A stretch of DNA of 59,111 bases, counting the filler, from Jimgerdemannia flammicorona (Eukaryota), in NCBI GenBank assembly GCA_003990765.1. It is 3 parts of 3 records of this genome, joined end to end, with 100 filler letters (N's around TTAATTAATTAA, not from the genome) between each part and the next. Parts side by side here need not be neighbours in the genome. Positions count along the whole stretch, not along the records: positions 19,746 to 39,378 come from RBNJ01001889.1; 2 more parts are not named here. One strand, given 5' to 3'. This document shows, in pieces, positions 24,228 through 36,931 of the stretch. Positions within the stretch are counted from its first letter, which is position 1. Every line of letters begins with the position of its first letter. Under the pieces are notes generated by a model. It did not search any database and had not been told where the DNA came from. It saw only the letters and a list, made by a program, of their open reading frames with translations. Both the position numbers and the translations under genes were made by a program.

Positions 24228-26922
24228 AGAGGAGTATTTGCCAACATCAAGATCACTGAACTTGAGCATAAGAAGGAGGAAAACACAAGCAAGCACAGCT
24301 ACACCATCAGAAATGAATTTCCACTCAAGAAAGAACTCAAGAAAATACTCCATGAATTTGAAGATGTCCTTGCCACAGATTTCAAGGATATCAAAGGAAA
24401 GACCCCACACTACTATCATGAAGTAGATACTGGAGACACTGAACCAATTTATCAGAAGGCAAGACCTGTCCTGCCAGCCTACCAAGAATGGCTCAGAGAA
24501 GAAATCAAGCAGATGGAAGAAGCTGGCATCATTAAAGAAGCCAGTAGCCCCTGGTCCTCACCTGTTATACTAGCCTCAAAAAAAGGAAGTAAGCCTGGAG
24601 AATTCGCCCCAAGACTCTGTATCAACTACAGAAAACTCAACATGGTTACCAAGAAGGATTGCCAACCACTGCCCCTCATCAATGACATCCTTATAATACT
24701 GGGAGACAAAGCACAATACTACAGCACCTTGGACTTATACTCAGAATTCCACCAAATCGGACTCACAGATATGGCAAGTGAAAAGTCAGCTTTCATCACT
24801 CCAGATAGAACCTATATCTACCTACGAATGCCATTTGGAATGTGCAATGCACCAGCAAGTTTCCAGTGAATGATGAATAAAATCTTCCACTATGACATGG
24901 GAAGATGGATAATGGTCTACATCAATGATGTAATCATCTACAGCAAGACACCTGAGGAATATCTGCAGCACATACAGCAGATAATGGAGAGACTAAGACA
25001 ACATGGCCTTTACATCAAACCCAAGAAGTGCAAGTTCGCAGAAATCGAGATCTCCTATCTTGGCCACATCATCAACCGAGATGGAACATATACAGACCCC
25101 CTCAAGATACAAGCAGTGGCAGCATACCCAAGACCCACCACTGTTATGGAAGCCCAAGCCTTCATGGGACTCACCTCCTATTATCGCAGATTTATTAGAG
25201 AATTTTCTAATATTGCAGGACCAATCTACAAACTTAACAAGAAGGATACCAAGTTTCAGTAGACTGGCAAACAACAAAAAGCATTTGATGAACTCAAGGT
25301 CAGACTGACCCAGGTATCTATCCTCAGAAGACCTGACTGGACTCTAGAATTCATCCTATAGACTGATGCAAGTGCACAAGGACTAGGAGCAGTCTTAGCT
25401 CAAAAGAAAGATAAAGTGGAGTATGTCATTGCATACCTCAGCCGCAGAACCCGAGGAGCTGAAAAAGAATATGAATCCTACAAGTTAGAATGCCTTGCAG
25501 TCATCTAGACCATAGAAAAGTTCCACTACTACTTGGCTGGAAGATACTTCACCATCCAAACAGACCACTCAGCTCTCACCTGACTACTGGCAACTGGACA
25601 ACCCAAAGGAATCTATGCCAGATGGATAATGAAGTTGCAAACTTATGATGTAACTATCATACACCACTCTGGAAGAACCAATGCTAATACCGACACCCTC
25701 TCACGGACACCCTGAAAGACCCCACCCCAACAAAATCATCATGAATAAGAAGCTCTACTACAGAATTATCACATACCTGAGACAGTGAAAGATGCCCCAA
25801 ATCTGGAAGAATGGACACAAACGATTATCAACAGAACATGGAAACAATTCGAAACTGATGGAGAAACACTGAAGAAAGGAAAACTACTAGTCATACCAGA
25901 ACATAAGAAGGAACAAGCAATGAAATCAGTACACAAACTTGGCCATCTAGGAGGAACAAATACATACAACAAGACAAGAAGAACAATATGGTGGCCAGGG
26001 ATGGAGGAAGATATCAGACAATTTGTCAAGACCTGTGACAAATGCCAGAAACAGAAACAAGATCAATGAAATCAAGCCTCAGGATCAGCACACATAGAAT
26101 CAGTACCATTTGCCCACATTGCAATGGATGTAATTAGCCCTCTACCCTTGACTTTGACTGGCAACTGATACATCATCGTTATTGTAGACCTTTTTACAAA
26201 ATGGATAGAAGCAGGACCCCTTATAGAAGCCAATGCACAGTCAATTGCTGATTTCTTCCACAAGGAAATCATCTGCCAGTTCAAAACTCCAACACAAGTA
26301 ACTACAGATAGAGGAATAGAATTTGTGAATCAGTTCTTCGAAGTTCTCTACAAGAAGTACAAGATCCAGCATATTTGGACTACAGCATATCACTCTCAAG
26401 GAAATGGACAAGTAGAAAGGACCAAAAAAACCCTCAAGAATGTTATTGCCAAGATAGGCGATAACTACGAGAACTGGGATCACTATCTACCAATAGCATT
26501 ATCTGCCCTCTGAGATATCCGATCACAAAGTACCCACTTTACCCCTCGAGAAATGCTGTTCGGAGAAGAATGTTCTCAGGGAACCCTGTCATCCAATGGA
26601 GATGCTGTATGGAAACATGTGGACATGGAAATATAGAGACTACACCAAATCAGAAAGAAGGCTGAGGATTACATAATGAAGGCACAGACACTACAATGGA
26701 GAAATGTGGAAAAGACCCACAAACCCTTGGAGATTATCAAGATAGGAGACAAAGTCCTGGTGTATCGGAATATGGTTGAAGCTTCATGGTCATGAAAACT
26801 GGAGCCCAAGTGGAAAGGACCTTACCTTGTGCAAGATATAAAAGAAACCACCTTTTGGCTACGAAAACCCTCAGGCACAATAATCCCCACCACCATTCAT
26901 CGAAACTGACTCAAGAAATATT

Positions 26923-27382
26923 ATGGCCAGTAACACAAGTACTATGATGGCACTCAAGATCACTAGTGCTGCCCAAAGGGCCATTAAGAGACAATGGTGC
27001 ACCACCAAGCCCCTGACCATAGAGGAGTCTTATGACAGTATCCAAAGTATCGTGCAGACTCATCTCTCTTGGATCTCACACTTCAAGGCCTATTAGCATT
27101 GGAATGAATTCCAAGAGTACTTCAAACTTGGCCAAGTACTCAACCAAGACCCAGAAATGACCAAAGAATTGAATCACAGAATGCCAGCTCTCCTATTCCC
27201 AGATCACCATTGTCAAAAGAATCCACAAGCTATTCCGAGAGGATGAATCAGCACTAGCCCACCTGCGAGGAGTGACTCCCTCAGACTTCGACCAAGTCAG
27301 GCAATACCAGTGGAAAACAGTGATACAACAAATCATGCAATATAAGACCATATAGACCATTGAAGCTTGGAAGTTTGAATAG
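26923..27382 (+). pseudogene. Extra ORF (ORF3, ~150 codons) between integrase and PPT
   Basis: ATG at 26923 overlaps the end of the integrase frame (TAA 26931-26933). Codon style matches pol. Two TAGs revert by single transitions, and one frameshift lies near 27190. Confidence 0.6.
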
Positions 27383-27419
27383 ATGCTTTAGAGACGAGAT
27401 CATCTATTCAGGAGGAAGT

Positions 27420-27886
27420 TGTGATGGTATAGCCAGATTCGGAAGAAGGAAATAGGGAATAGATACTTGATCGCACCCAGTCCCAAAGTAGTATAGCCAC
27501 ATAGTTAACAGTCCTCGATTTCGCAACTTGCTAAATATTTTGCAAAGTGCAAGATCGAGCTCTCTGATATAGTATAGTATTTCGCAACTGGCGAAACATT
27601 TTGCAAAGTGTTAAATGACTCATAACTTAGCCATGTAACTCAGTAACCATCTCATAGTTAGCAAACTTGTATAAATAACCCAGTATCTTTAAGTGAATAA
27701 ACCTCAGATCGAAATAGTTCAAAGCAAAGAGATAGTAAAGGAACTAGTAAGCCTGTGGGCAGATATACCTCAAACTCACCCACCCTCTCCTGCAACTTCA
27801 AGAGACTCTGTGAGAGTCAGAACAGTCAAGTTTTCAAGATACAGAAATCCGATGTACTTTCAAGAGTAAGTGTCCACTATATTACA
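27420..27886 (+). repeat. 3' LTR (467 bp) of the dUTPase gypsy element
   Basis: Termini TGTGAT...ATTACA follow the PPT. TATAAATA and AATAAA at ~27670-27700. The hAT sequence resumes immediately after. Confidence 0.85.
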
Positions 27887-30800
27887 ATATATATCCAAAT
27901 TGTCACTGCATTTAGCATATACCTCTTAGTGGTAATAAGATTTATCTAATCAGAGAATATCTGTTTGACAGAAGTATTGGTGGCAGGAATTACCATATAG
28001 TCTCAAGCCATACCATATAGGCTGGAGAAGTCTATTTGATGTAGCTGCAGCCATATACCCCAGTGAGTAGAGTGGTGGTTAGAACAGTAGTTAGGTTAGT
28101 AAATTAAATTGGCCCAACACAACCAATCACCTATCTGAAAACTCACCTTTCACCAATTGAGCACCTCTATGCCCTCCAGCAGGATCATACAGTCACTGAT
28201 AAGATAAATAGTGAGTTTATTTATTGACAGTAGCTCTTCTACTAATTGCTCTCTCTTTCTCTTTCTGCTGAAGTAAATGTGGGACAGGAGGGATCTCTCA
28301 GTATATTCATCCAGACTTCAGCTAGAATCTTGCAGCAGTATATAGTTTTTCTGATATGTTTTAATTATAGCCCACTTAGTTCCCTCAATATAGTAATGCT
28401 CTCAGCTCTTATCTTTACAGTATTGTAGCTTTAAGTATAGGTCCAGCACTGTTTGGAGAAAGAGAGTGAGTTTTGTGGGAGTTTCTCTGTTTTGGAAGAG
28501 ACAATGGCCATATATTGATATACCTATACTGATTGAGTATATGGCAGCATCTGTTTTGAAGTAGTATTTTCTGAGCTTACTTAGAGCAACCTCCACAGTA
28601 TCTCTCTGATCTGAGCATAACTATAAATCACCACTACTCTCTAGTCTATCCTCAAGCTTATCCTCTAGCCAGTTAATCAAAAAGTTGTATACTGGTATTG
28701 TAGAACTTATTGTCAGAGTCATTTATTTGACTATATTCTTTATACAATCATCAAAATACTGTCAGTTATATATGGGAGGTAAAATATTATACAGAGGTAG
28801 ACAAAATAAGTTTAGGGTTAGAGTAATCATTACTTACTTCCGAAAATCTAATAACATTCCTAAGTATATGTCACTCACTTTCATCTGTAGCCTTACTCTA
28901 TATTACCTTGTCAATAGCAACCATTGAATCTATTGGCCTATTTTGTTGTTTTTTTTTTTTTTTAAAAAAAAAAGAAACTTCAATTATCTGAAAGAAGTTG
29001 CTTCAGCCAATTGAAAAAAAGAATGCATACCACAGCAAACTCCAACACATGCTGGATCATTGCAAATATTGAGTTCCAATATATACAGATATCCAATATC
29101 TGTTCTTTTGGGGCTAAACTGATTGCCCTACACTATATAGTAAATTTGTCTCATTGTTGTAGAGATGCAGACCAACATAATCAGTTTGTACAGCTTGGAA
29201 ACTATACTCAGAGCCTCTCCTCTCTCAGATGTTTGGTCTATGTGCATAAGATAGTTCTGAATAGTGAGGTTCAGTATGTGTGCCTGGTATTATATATGGT
29301 AGCTTTCTATATAGAAGACCAAATTTTTCTATTTTGAGGCTGTCTATTATAACTTAGAAAATATTGAGTTGTTTGTAACATTATCTATCATAATGGCCAA
29401 AATCTGTACTTGAAATATTTGGTCAGCAAATTTATATGAAAATAAATAACCAATAAAATCTGTTTTGTTTTTAAACCTCTCTCAAAATACCAATCTGATG
29501 GCAAGCCCCCCTTTTTTATCTTGGTTGTGATACCAAGCTCTCAGATATAACTAATAAAAGCATCTGCAATATTTTCTCCAGAATGAGGGTTAGCAAGTTT
29601 GATGAAGTCAAGAATGAGAGATTTAAGCTGCCAATCAAAGTTAATTCAATTACTAGTAATGCCCAGAAATGAAATTATATTGAGGGATGTCCATGTGTTG
29701 ATTATAAATGAAATTTTGCCTATTAAATTCTGCTTATTGAATATGTATAAGATTAAATTGGTGAGCTCTTTTATAAATATATATATATATATAATTCAGC
29801 TTGCACCTTTCACCAGTAACATTCAGGTGACACAAGACTCAGACAACACTTTTTATAATGTTTTAGGTGTCTGATGACTAACAACACGGATGGCAATAAT
29901 CAAACTGGTGAGCATACTGGCCAGGGGGGTAACAGCATCTTTGGCTGGCAACAGGTGGGGAGGAGGGGAGATGGTTTAGGGATGCCAGGGGCCTCGATGA
30001 CAAGCCGAGGCCCTGGTGGTAGAGGGAGGGGCAGTCTGAGGCAGAGAGGTGGGGAGAGGTTGATCTTTGCTGACAAGATCAGAATGGGGAAGATGGCCTC
30101 TGGTCTAGATAATTGGCTGGGCCTAGGGAAGGCATCAACAGCTGCTGCTGGGGGACTGGGAGGTGTGCCCAGGGGAGCTTCTGATGGTAGGGAAGGAGCA
30201 GGAGTAGGGGCTGGAGATATGACTATTGATGGGGCTATGACTGGGGATCTGGCAAAAAATCCAGATGTGACAGTAGTTGGCAATTCAGGACAAGGGGTGG
30301 GCACAAGGCATAGGGACCTGGCAGATGGGGTGACTGGAATAGTGTTGGCCCCATTACTCAAGAAGTCAAGGTCAGAATTCGCAGTCACAATGTGTTTCCG
30401 GGGCTTGGCAGTAATGACAAGGATGATCTTGGGGCTGGTGGTACAGGAGGCAAAGGGAGCAGCATTGGTGAAGTTCTTAAAGGGGAAGGAAGGGTTTGAG
30501 GTGGGGTTCAAGGAGAAAGATGCCCTGCTGGCAGCCTTGGAGAAAGAGGTGACAGTTGGTGGAGTTGTGGTCCCCATGATCAGGTGTATGTACTGGAACC
30601 CTTGGGTGGTACAGTTGACAGTGTTGGATCTCCCTATGGTGTCGAAGGAGAGGATCAGAGAGTTGGTTGTGGAGGTGATCAAGGAGTATGGATAGATTGT
30701 GGACATTGGGTTCAAGGTATGGGAGGGTACCAAGCTCTAGACTGGTGATGTCGATGTCAGAGTGAGGCTGACTGGAAAGGAGAATATAGAGAAGTCGAGG

Positions 30801-33800
30801 GACTGGCCAGTGATGTTGAGGTGGGGACTAGTGGAGTGCAAGATCACATGGGTGAAGGGGACCCAGGAGGAGGAGGAAGATCTGCTGGAGGCTCTGGAGG
30901 ATCTGGAAGAGGCAGTTGCAAGGAGGAGATTGGCTTGGAAGGAGTTTGAGACCAGAATGGTGGTGGGAGAGGTGGATGGAAAGAGGGTCTGGATGGAGAG
31001 GGGGGCCTGGGAGAAGATGCAGGGGAGGAAAATCCAGAAGGAGTTGTTGGCAAAGTTGGGTGGGGGTAGAGCTGGCAGGAGCTCAGGGGAGAGGGATGCA
31101 GGATTGCAGGAGAGTGCCTGGGCTATGAGGGGCAAGAGGGCCCAGAGTGGGGCTTGGAGTGGATTGGAGGAGGTGAGAAAGGCAATATGGTGGCAGATAC
31201 AGATATGAGCGAAGATGTATGCCCTCAGTATAGTGTCCCAGGTGGTGTAGAGGGGGAGGAGGAGCTGCTGGATGTGCCAGATGAGGAGTGGGATGAGTCA
31301 GTGAGGAGGAGTGCTCTGGTGGACCCTGAGGTGGATGGGGGGCAAATCATCCAGAGTATGGCAGTGGCAGTGGATGAGGAGAAGTGGATGTGGAAGAATC
31401 TGGAAGGAGTAGCGGCAGAGGAGCTAGGGGGAGAGGATTTCAGAGTTATGGAAGAGAGATATTGAGAGGAGATCCTATGGGGGGAGGAGGTGCCCTGGCT
31501 GTTCTCCTGGAGTCAGTTGAGTATCAAGTCGATGATCAGAGAGAAGAGGAACTTAGGAAGATGGCGAGTGACTGGGCTTTATACTTGTGGAACTCAAGGA
31601 AGGGACTGGAGAAGTGGCATGCAGTCTGCCTGAACTACCAGTCAGAGATGGAGATAGTGGACAGGGTGGAATGTCAGGAAATCTTAGAGGTGCTGGATGC
31701 TCAGGCTAATGCCGAGAGTGATTTGGAAGCCGAACAGAACTTGGATCTGGCTGGGGATGAGATGAGCATGGAATACTAGACTGAGATCTCTATTGCAATA
31801 TTTCTTCAATATGAACCGTACAACTAAGATATTCTCTTTGAACATAAATGGGTTATGGGGAGTGGCTAGGTGGAAGTATATATTGGGATGGCTTAAGAGA
31901 CTGGATACAGACCTATTCTTGTTGCAGGATATTCGTTATGAGGCAGATGTAGATTTATAGGATTAGACTAAGGAATGGGGGGGGGTGGCAGTATGGAGGG
32001 GGAAAGTGGGTATTCTTGTTTGGAAAGGGATGGGGGACATTGGGGACATTGGACACTGGGGGTCTAGGGTGGTGTGGGGGGTGTAGAAGAGGCCTGGATG
32101 GGGCTCATTGACAGTTGGGTCTTGTTACTGCCCGGCTGAGAGAGGGGAGAGGGTAGATTGGATTCACAGATTGAAAGAAACTGGTGTCTTAGGTGAAGTT
32201 GGGTTGGACTGTCTGGGGGGTGATTTCAACATGGTGTGGAATAAGGAGATGAATAGGTCAGATGGAGGGAGGGGCATGCAGGGTGAGAGTGGTGGGCTAG
32301 GTGACTGGTTGGAGACAGAGAGGTTGAGCTTGTTAGTGGACTCTGAAAGACAGTTTTGGAACAATAGACAGGTGTATACCCACTGAGCAGCAGGGCTGGG
32401 CTCTAGGATTGGCTGGGTTTTGACAGCAAATTGTTGGGGGGCCGATGTCTGGGTGATACTGGAGGTAGTTTGATGTCTATGGATTGATCACTGGGGGCTA
32501 TTAGGTGGGGGGAGGTTTGGGGGAAGTGAGGAGGGGCCTGGACATTAGTGACTAAATTCTTCCTTATTGGAGGATAGAGCTTTGTGGAAGGGTTGAGAAG
32601 TGGAGATTATTGAGAATATTGGTAGGTGGCAGGAATGGGGCCTAGGGATTGGGGACTGCTGGAGGAGACTGAAGGCGAATGCTCAAGGGTATTGGAGGGA
32701 AGCTGGGAAAGGAAGAGGTGCTCAGTGATGGCAGTGGGTGCTGTGGGCCTCACAGTGTCTGGCAGCACTTATGGGGAGATGGGCAGATGTGCTAGAAGAT
32801 GGGAGGTGATGGATTGGCGTATTGTGAGAATCTGAAAGAAGGTGGAGGAGCTTAGAGGAGTGCTATGTAGTGAGGAGGAGGTAAGACTGCAGGGGATGGT
32901 GGTCTGGCTGTAGTGGCAGGGGCTTGAGGAGGGGGAGAGGCCTACTAGATTTCTGTTACAGTTATTACAAGCAAGATGAACAAAGCAGCAGTGGGAGGGG
33001 GTTCTAGATGCGAATGGTGAGCTGGTGGTGGGGACTCAGGCAATTTTGAGTTTACTGAGAATTTATTGGGAGAATCTATGGAGTAAGGAGGAAGGAGGAG
33101 TAGATGCCTTGGATATTGAATGGCAGCTGGAGGATTGGCACCTGAACCCTGCAATGGGTCTGGGGGATTTGGGGGACCCAGTGAGTGGAGAGGAAATCTG
33201 TAAGGTTGTGGTCTCAATGAGTAAGGGGATAGCTCTGAGGGAGGATGGACTTCCCTGGGATTTTTGGAAGAAGATGGCTGGAGTGGGCGAGGTGCTGGAG
33301 GAAATAACTGCTATGTGTGATGAGGTTCTTCGGTCTGGTACTTGGATTGGGAGACAGTGTCTAGGGCTAGTCTCTTTACTCTACAAGAATAAGGGGAGGT
33401 GGGAAGATTGGAGGAACTAGCATCCGATCATGCTACTTGACATGGACCGCAAACTGGTGATGAAGATCTTAGTGATGAGGTTGCAAGGGATCACTCAGCA
33501 AGTGCTTGGTGTGGAGCAGCATGGGTTTGTAGGTGGTCGGTTGATTCGTGATGGGACAGCTTGGGTCCATGGAGTGATTGAGGGTACCCGGGCTATAGGG
33601 GTGGATAGCCAGTTGGTATTTTTGAATCAGGAGAAGGCATATGATAGGGTGCAGAGGATCTGGCTAGAAGGAGTGCTGAAATGGATCAGTATTCCCCTGG
33701 GGTTCCAAGGGTCGCTGGTCAGCCTCTTGGAGGACAGTTAGGCTGCATTGGTCATCAATGGCCATAGGGGGGTGACCTTTCCCCTGAGTCATGGGGTGCC

Positions 33801-35533
33801 ACAAGGGGATCCCTTGTTGCCCATATTGTATGTGCTCTCCCTGGAGCCCCTACTGGATAGGATTCAGTGTCAGATTGGGGGTTTGGATATTCTAGGGATT
33901 AATTGGAAGGTGGGGGCCTTTGCTGATGACATAGTGGTCAGGCTGGACTCCTTGATAGATATGGGGGAGTTGCAGAGGTCTGTAGAATGGTATGAGAGGG
34001 GATCTGGTGCTAATCTAAACTGCCACAAATGCGAGACTATGGTGCTGGGTGCTGGAATTGTTGGTGGTGATGTAATTGAGATAGTGGTGCCGGCCAGTGA
34101 ATCAGTGTATTACATATTTGGGAATCTACTTCTCAGTATTCGGATCTCTTCTTCCCATGCTTGGTGGAACTGACAACTTCTGGAGTGGAGAAACATTCTA
34201 CTATGATGGGGAGGTCGGCAGATGTCTCTAGCCAGAAGGGTGATGGTGCTGAATGTATATTGAATGCCAAAGCTGTGGTATGTGGGGTATCATTTGGACT
34301 TCCCACCTTGGGTGGTCAGGGGGCTGTTGAAGATGGCGAGGTCATGGATCTGGGGAGAGTGGTGGAGCCAGGTGGGGTGGGAGGTCCTTACACTACCAGT
34401 GAAAAGAGGTGGGCTTGGTTTAGTTGACTTTGCTAAGTGGCTTCATTGTTTGTGAGCTTGGTGGTTGCAGAGGGTGAGTGAGCTGAGGGGTCAGGAGTGG
34501 ATGCCACTTATGCAGAGGGTATGGGAGGTTTGGTACTTGTGGTGGCTCTGGTGACTTGCTGTGATGGTGGCTATGGATGAGAGCTGGAGGGTGCAGTTTA
34601 CAGGCTTTTGGTGGGGAGTGGTGGATGGTGCTAAGAAAATTGGACTTTGGTGGCAAGGTGATGAGGCTGAGGAGGATTGGAGACTGCTGATGTGGAGGTG
34701 GGATAGACTTCTACTAGGTGGTGAGCCAGTGGAGGTGTTTCAGCTTGGCAAGAGTATGGAGTATCTGTGGGGCTTGGGTGGTGACCTATGGCCCGAAGCC
34801 TGGCAGAGGGTTGGAATTGTTGAGGAGTGGGATTGGAATGGACTCTGGCTTTGGAGTAAATGGGTGAGGCAGTGGCTGCTCCCCAAGTTCTGGGTGGTGT
34901 GGTGGCAGATCCTATGGCAGAATGTGATATTGAACTATCAGTCTGGGTACTTGGTGGATGGTGGTGTGTTCGAGTGCAAGGAATGTTTCAATGTTAGTCA
35001 GGAGGGAGGAGTGGTTCAGACACCAGAACATTGGCTTGGTGAGTGTGAGGTTTTGGAGGAGTTTTGGGGATATATCATGGACCGGTTAGGGCTGTATGCC
35101 TTGGAGGGAGGGGAAGGGAGGAGATGGGGAGAGCTCCACTGACAACTGATAGGTGGGGTTGGGGATGAATGGCTGACCCTTGGCTGGGCTCTGGCCATGT
35201 GGGTTGGATTAGCTGAGCATTGGGTTCATGTATTTGAGGAGGGACAGCAGGTTGGGGTTTGGGATAAGGTGGCATGTTGGGAATGGCTATTATTAGACAT
35301 TTGGAATGGCTGGTGGCAAGGGTGGGGGCCAGGTGGGGGGAATTGCAGGGGTTTGGTAGAGTGTATCTCCCAAAAGAGTGATGGGAGGATTTGGGTAGTG
35401 GGTGGCTGGGTGGTACTTGGGCAGAGAGAGGTTGCAGAGAGAGGGATTGGGTCTCTGGGGCATTGGTTGAGGATTTGGAGTGATATTTTATTGTTAGAAT
35501 TTTAGATAGCAGTAATAAAGGGCAGTCCAAGTG

Positions 35534-35571
<38 letters not shown>

Positions 35572-36622
35572 CAGCTTACAAAGATCATAGTGCTGCCCTT
35601 ATTTTACCTAAAGTATTTAGTAGAGATTGTCATGCTCCTTTTTATAAGCCTCCAGGACATCTTTGCAAATATTATCAGCACTTAGAAAATATAAATCATA
35701 CTTGAGGAGGCCAAAGATGCCATGCAATTTATCACTCTTGATAGTTGTGAATGGCTGGTCTATATACACAATCTAGTGAATGAGCTGATTTTGAAATTCT
35801 GCCAAAGAGTATGGCTAAATATTTTTGATTAAATAGGGTTGTTGGTATAGAAATAGTCTGACAATTGGATAAATATATCCACTATAGCTTGGATATTGAT
35901 TTTATTTATCTCTGTATTCTTTTTGATTTTGTCAGAGTACTTGTCTTTTATATATCAATATATGTTCAAAGTTAAACTATCAAGCATTTTGAACTTCTGA
36001 CTGTATAGTTTATGAGGGGTAGATAAAATAGTATCATATGTATATTAAACAAAGTATTAGTTATATTATAGGTATGTCTTTTTTTTTTTTTAAAAATTTT
36101 TTATCTATAATAGTTACAAACAATATCATCTCCCATCTTAGTACAATGTTGCTAGACTCAGAGTGAGGATTATATGGAAGGTGTGGAAATATTGAGGATG
36201 TTTGACTTAAAGCATTATTGATACTGTGAACTGTTGAAGGCTAATCTATTGATATATGTGTTTATATATATATATATTATATATGTGAATATATCTGGCA
36301 TATAAGTCATATAGAGAATTCAGATTAGAGAATTTGAATTAGAGGATTCAGATTAGAGGATTTAGTTGAAGGATTCAGATAAGAATTCAGATTGAAGGAT
36401 TTAAATTGGATGATTTGGATTGAGTGATTCTGATTGAGTAATTTGGATTGAGTGATTCAAATTGAGTAATTTGGATAGAGTAGTTCAGATGAGGTAATTT
36501 GGATGGGATGATTTAGATTAATCTAAGTTGATTCAGATGGCTTCAGATTGAGATTTCAGATCAAACTGTCATGTGATGAATCAAATCCAGATTTGATTTG
36601 AATTGACTTGTTTGGAGCACTA
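27887..36622 (-). mobile_element. Degenerate autonomous hAT transposon with an intron-containing transposase, interrupted by an L1-like LINE; other end not visible
   Basis: TIR TAGTGCTCCAAACAAGTCAATT at 36622-36601 matches the MITE TIR. Subterminal GATT(C/T)(A/G)GATT repeats at 36310-36600. Transposase relics: BED finger, IVYIDQPF, GKISFIINTWTS, HSGENIA, IDNVTNN, LDICIYWNS, LSKLRKYY, LDLYLK, and dimerisation domain MA*DYMVIPATNTSVKQIFS. Confidence 0.9.
29804..35540 (+). mobile_element. Full-length L1/Tx1-like LINE (copy 3, ~5.7 kb): ORF1 ~29886-31779 and ORF2 31811-~35505 (APE endonuclease, RT, C-terminal Cys/His motif); inactivated by stops
   Basis: EN SLNING/LLQD/GGDFN/DH. RT EDGLP, LLDMDRK, QHGF, QEKAYDRV, GVPQGDPL, AFADD. 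C-terminal CKEC...EHWLGEC. AATAAA near the 3' end. TSD (TA)nATTCAGCTT ends at 29802 and 35577. Confidence 0.96.
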
Positions 36623-36786
36623 CTGACACTGATAAAGGGGCAACTTATCACTATTGCCTCCCTCCCACTGCCTTATATCAGGTATAGCAAACCAACCAGA
36701 GATAGAGGGGGTATTAGTTATGGAAAGTGAACTTGGAAGGTCACCTACCAAATCTTGTAACTGGTAAGGTAGCAGAGAAAGGGGTG
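36623..36786 (-). mobile_element. Non-autonomous LINE-like element, copy 3 (5' end), host of the hAT insertion
   Basis: Matches 15180-15260 plus 15811-15880; 5' end CACCCCTTTCTCTGC. Confidence 0.8.
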
Positions 36787-36931
36787 AAAAGAGTAAACCT
36801 CTATAAAATATAAATCGAATTGACTTAGTAATACGTCATCGATTTGTAATGTTTCACAGAAGTCAAATTGGTCCATATTTGGTGCAATATATGCTGCTGC
36901 CTAAAACACGCCCAACCACACCACCACCGCC

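Larger units (their letters stand above)
22089..27886 (+). mobile_element. Ty3/gypsy LTR retrotransposon: gag-protease-dUTPase-RT-RNase H-integrase-extra ORF-PPT-3' LTR; 5' part cut by a LINE
   Basis: Zinc knuckle CYTCGEEGHYSYEC (22542-22583), protease AIIDTGA, dUTPase, RT SPWSSP/RLCINYRKLN/MPFGMCNAPASFQ/YIND (ancestral YIDD), RNase H TDAS/TDH, integrase H..GH..C..C, IAMD/TDRG/GQVER, WKGPY, and PPT AGGAGGAAG. Scattered stops. Confidence 0.95.

Noticed and set aside
26923..27382. ORF3 as an envelope gene
   Set aside because: Too short, with no signal peptide or transmembrane segment; kept only as an unknown ORF.
29871..29878. CTGATGA hammerhead-like core in the LINE leader
   Set aside because: The less-mutated copy reads CCGACGA, so the motif is a CpG-deamination product; no matching GAAA or stems were found.
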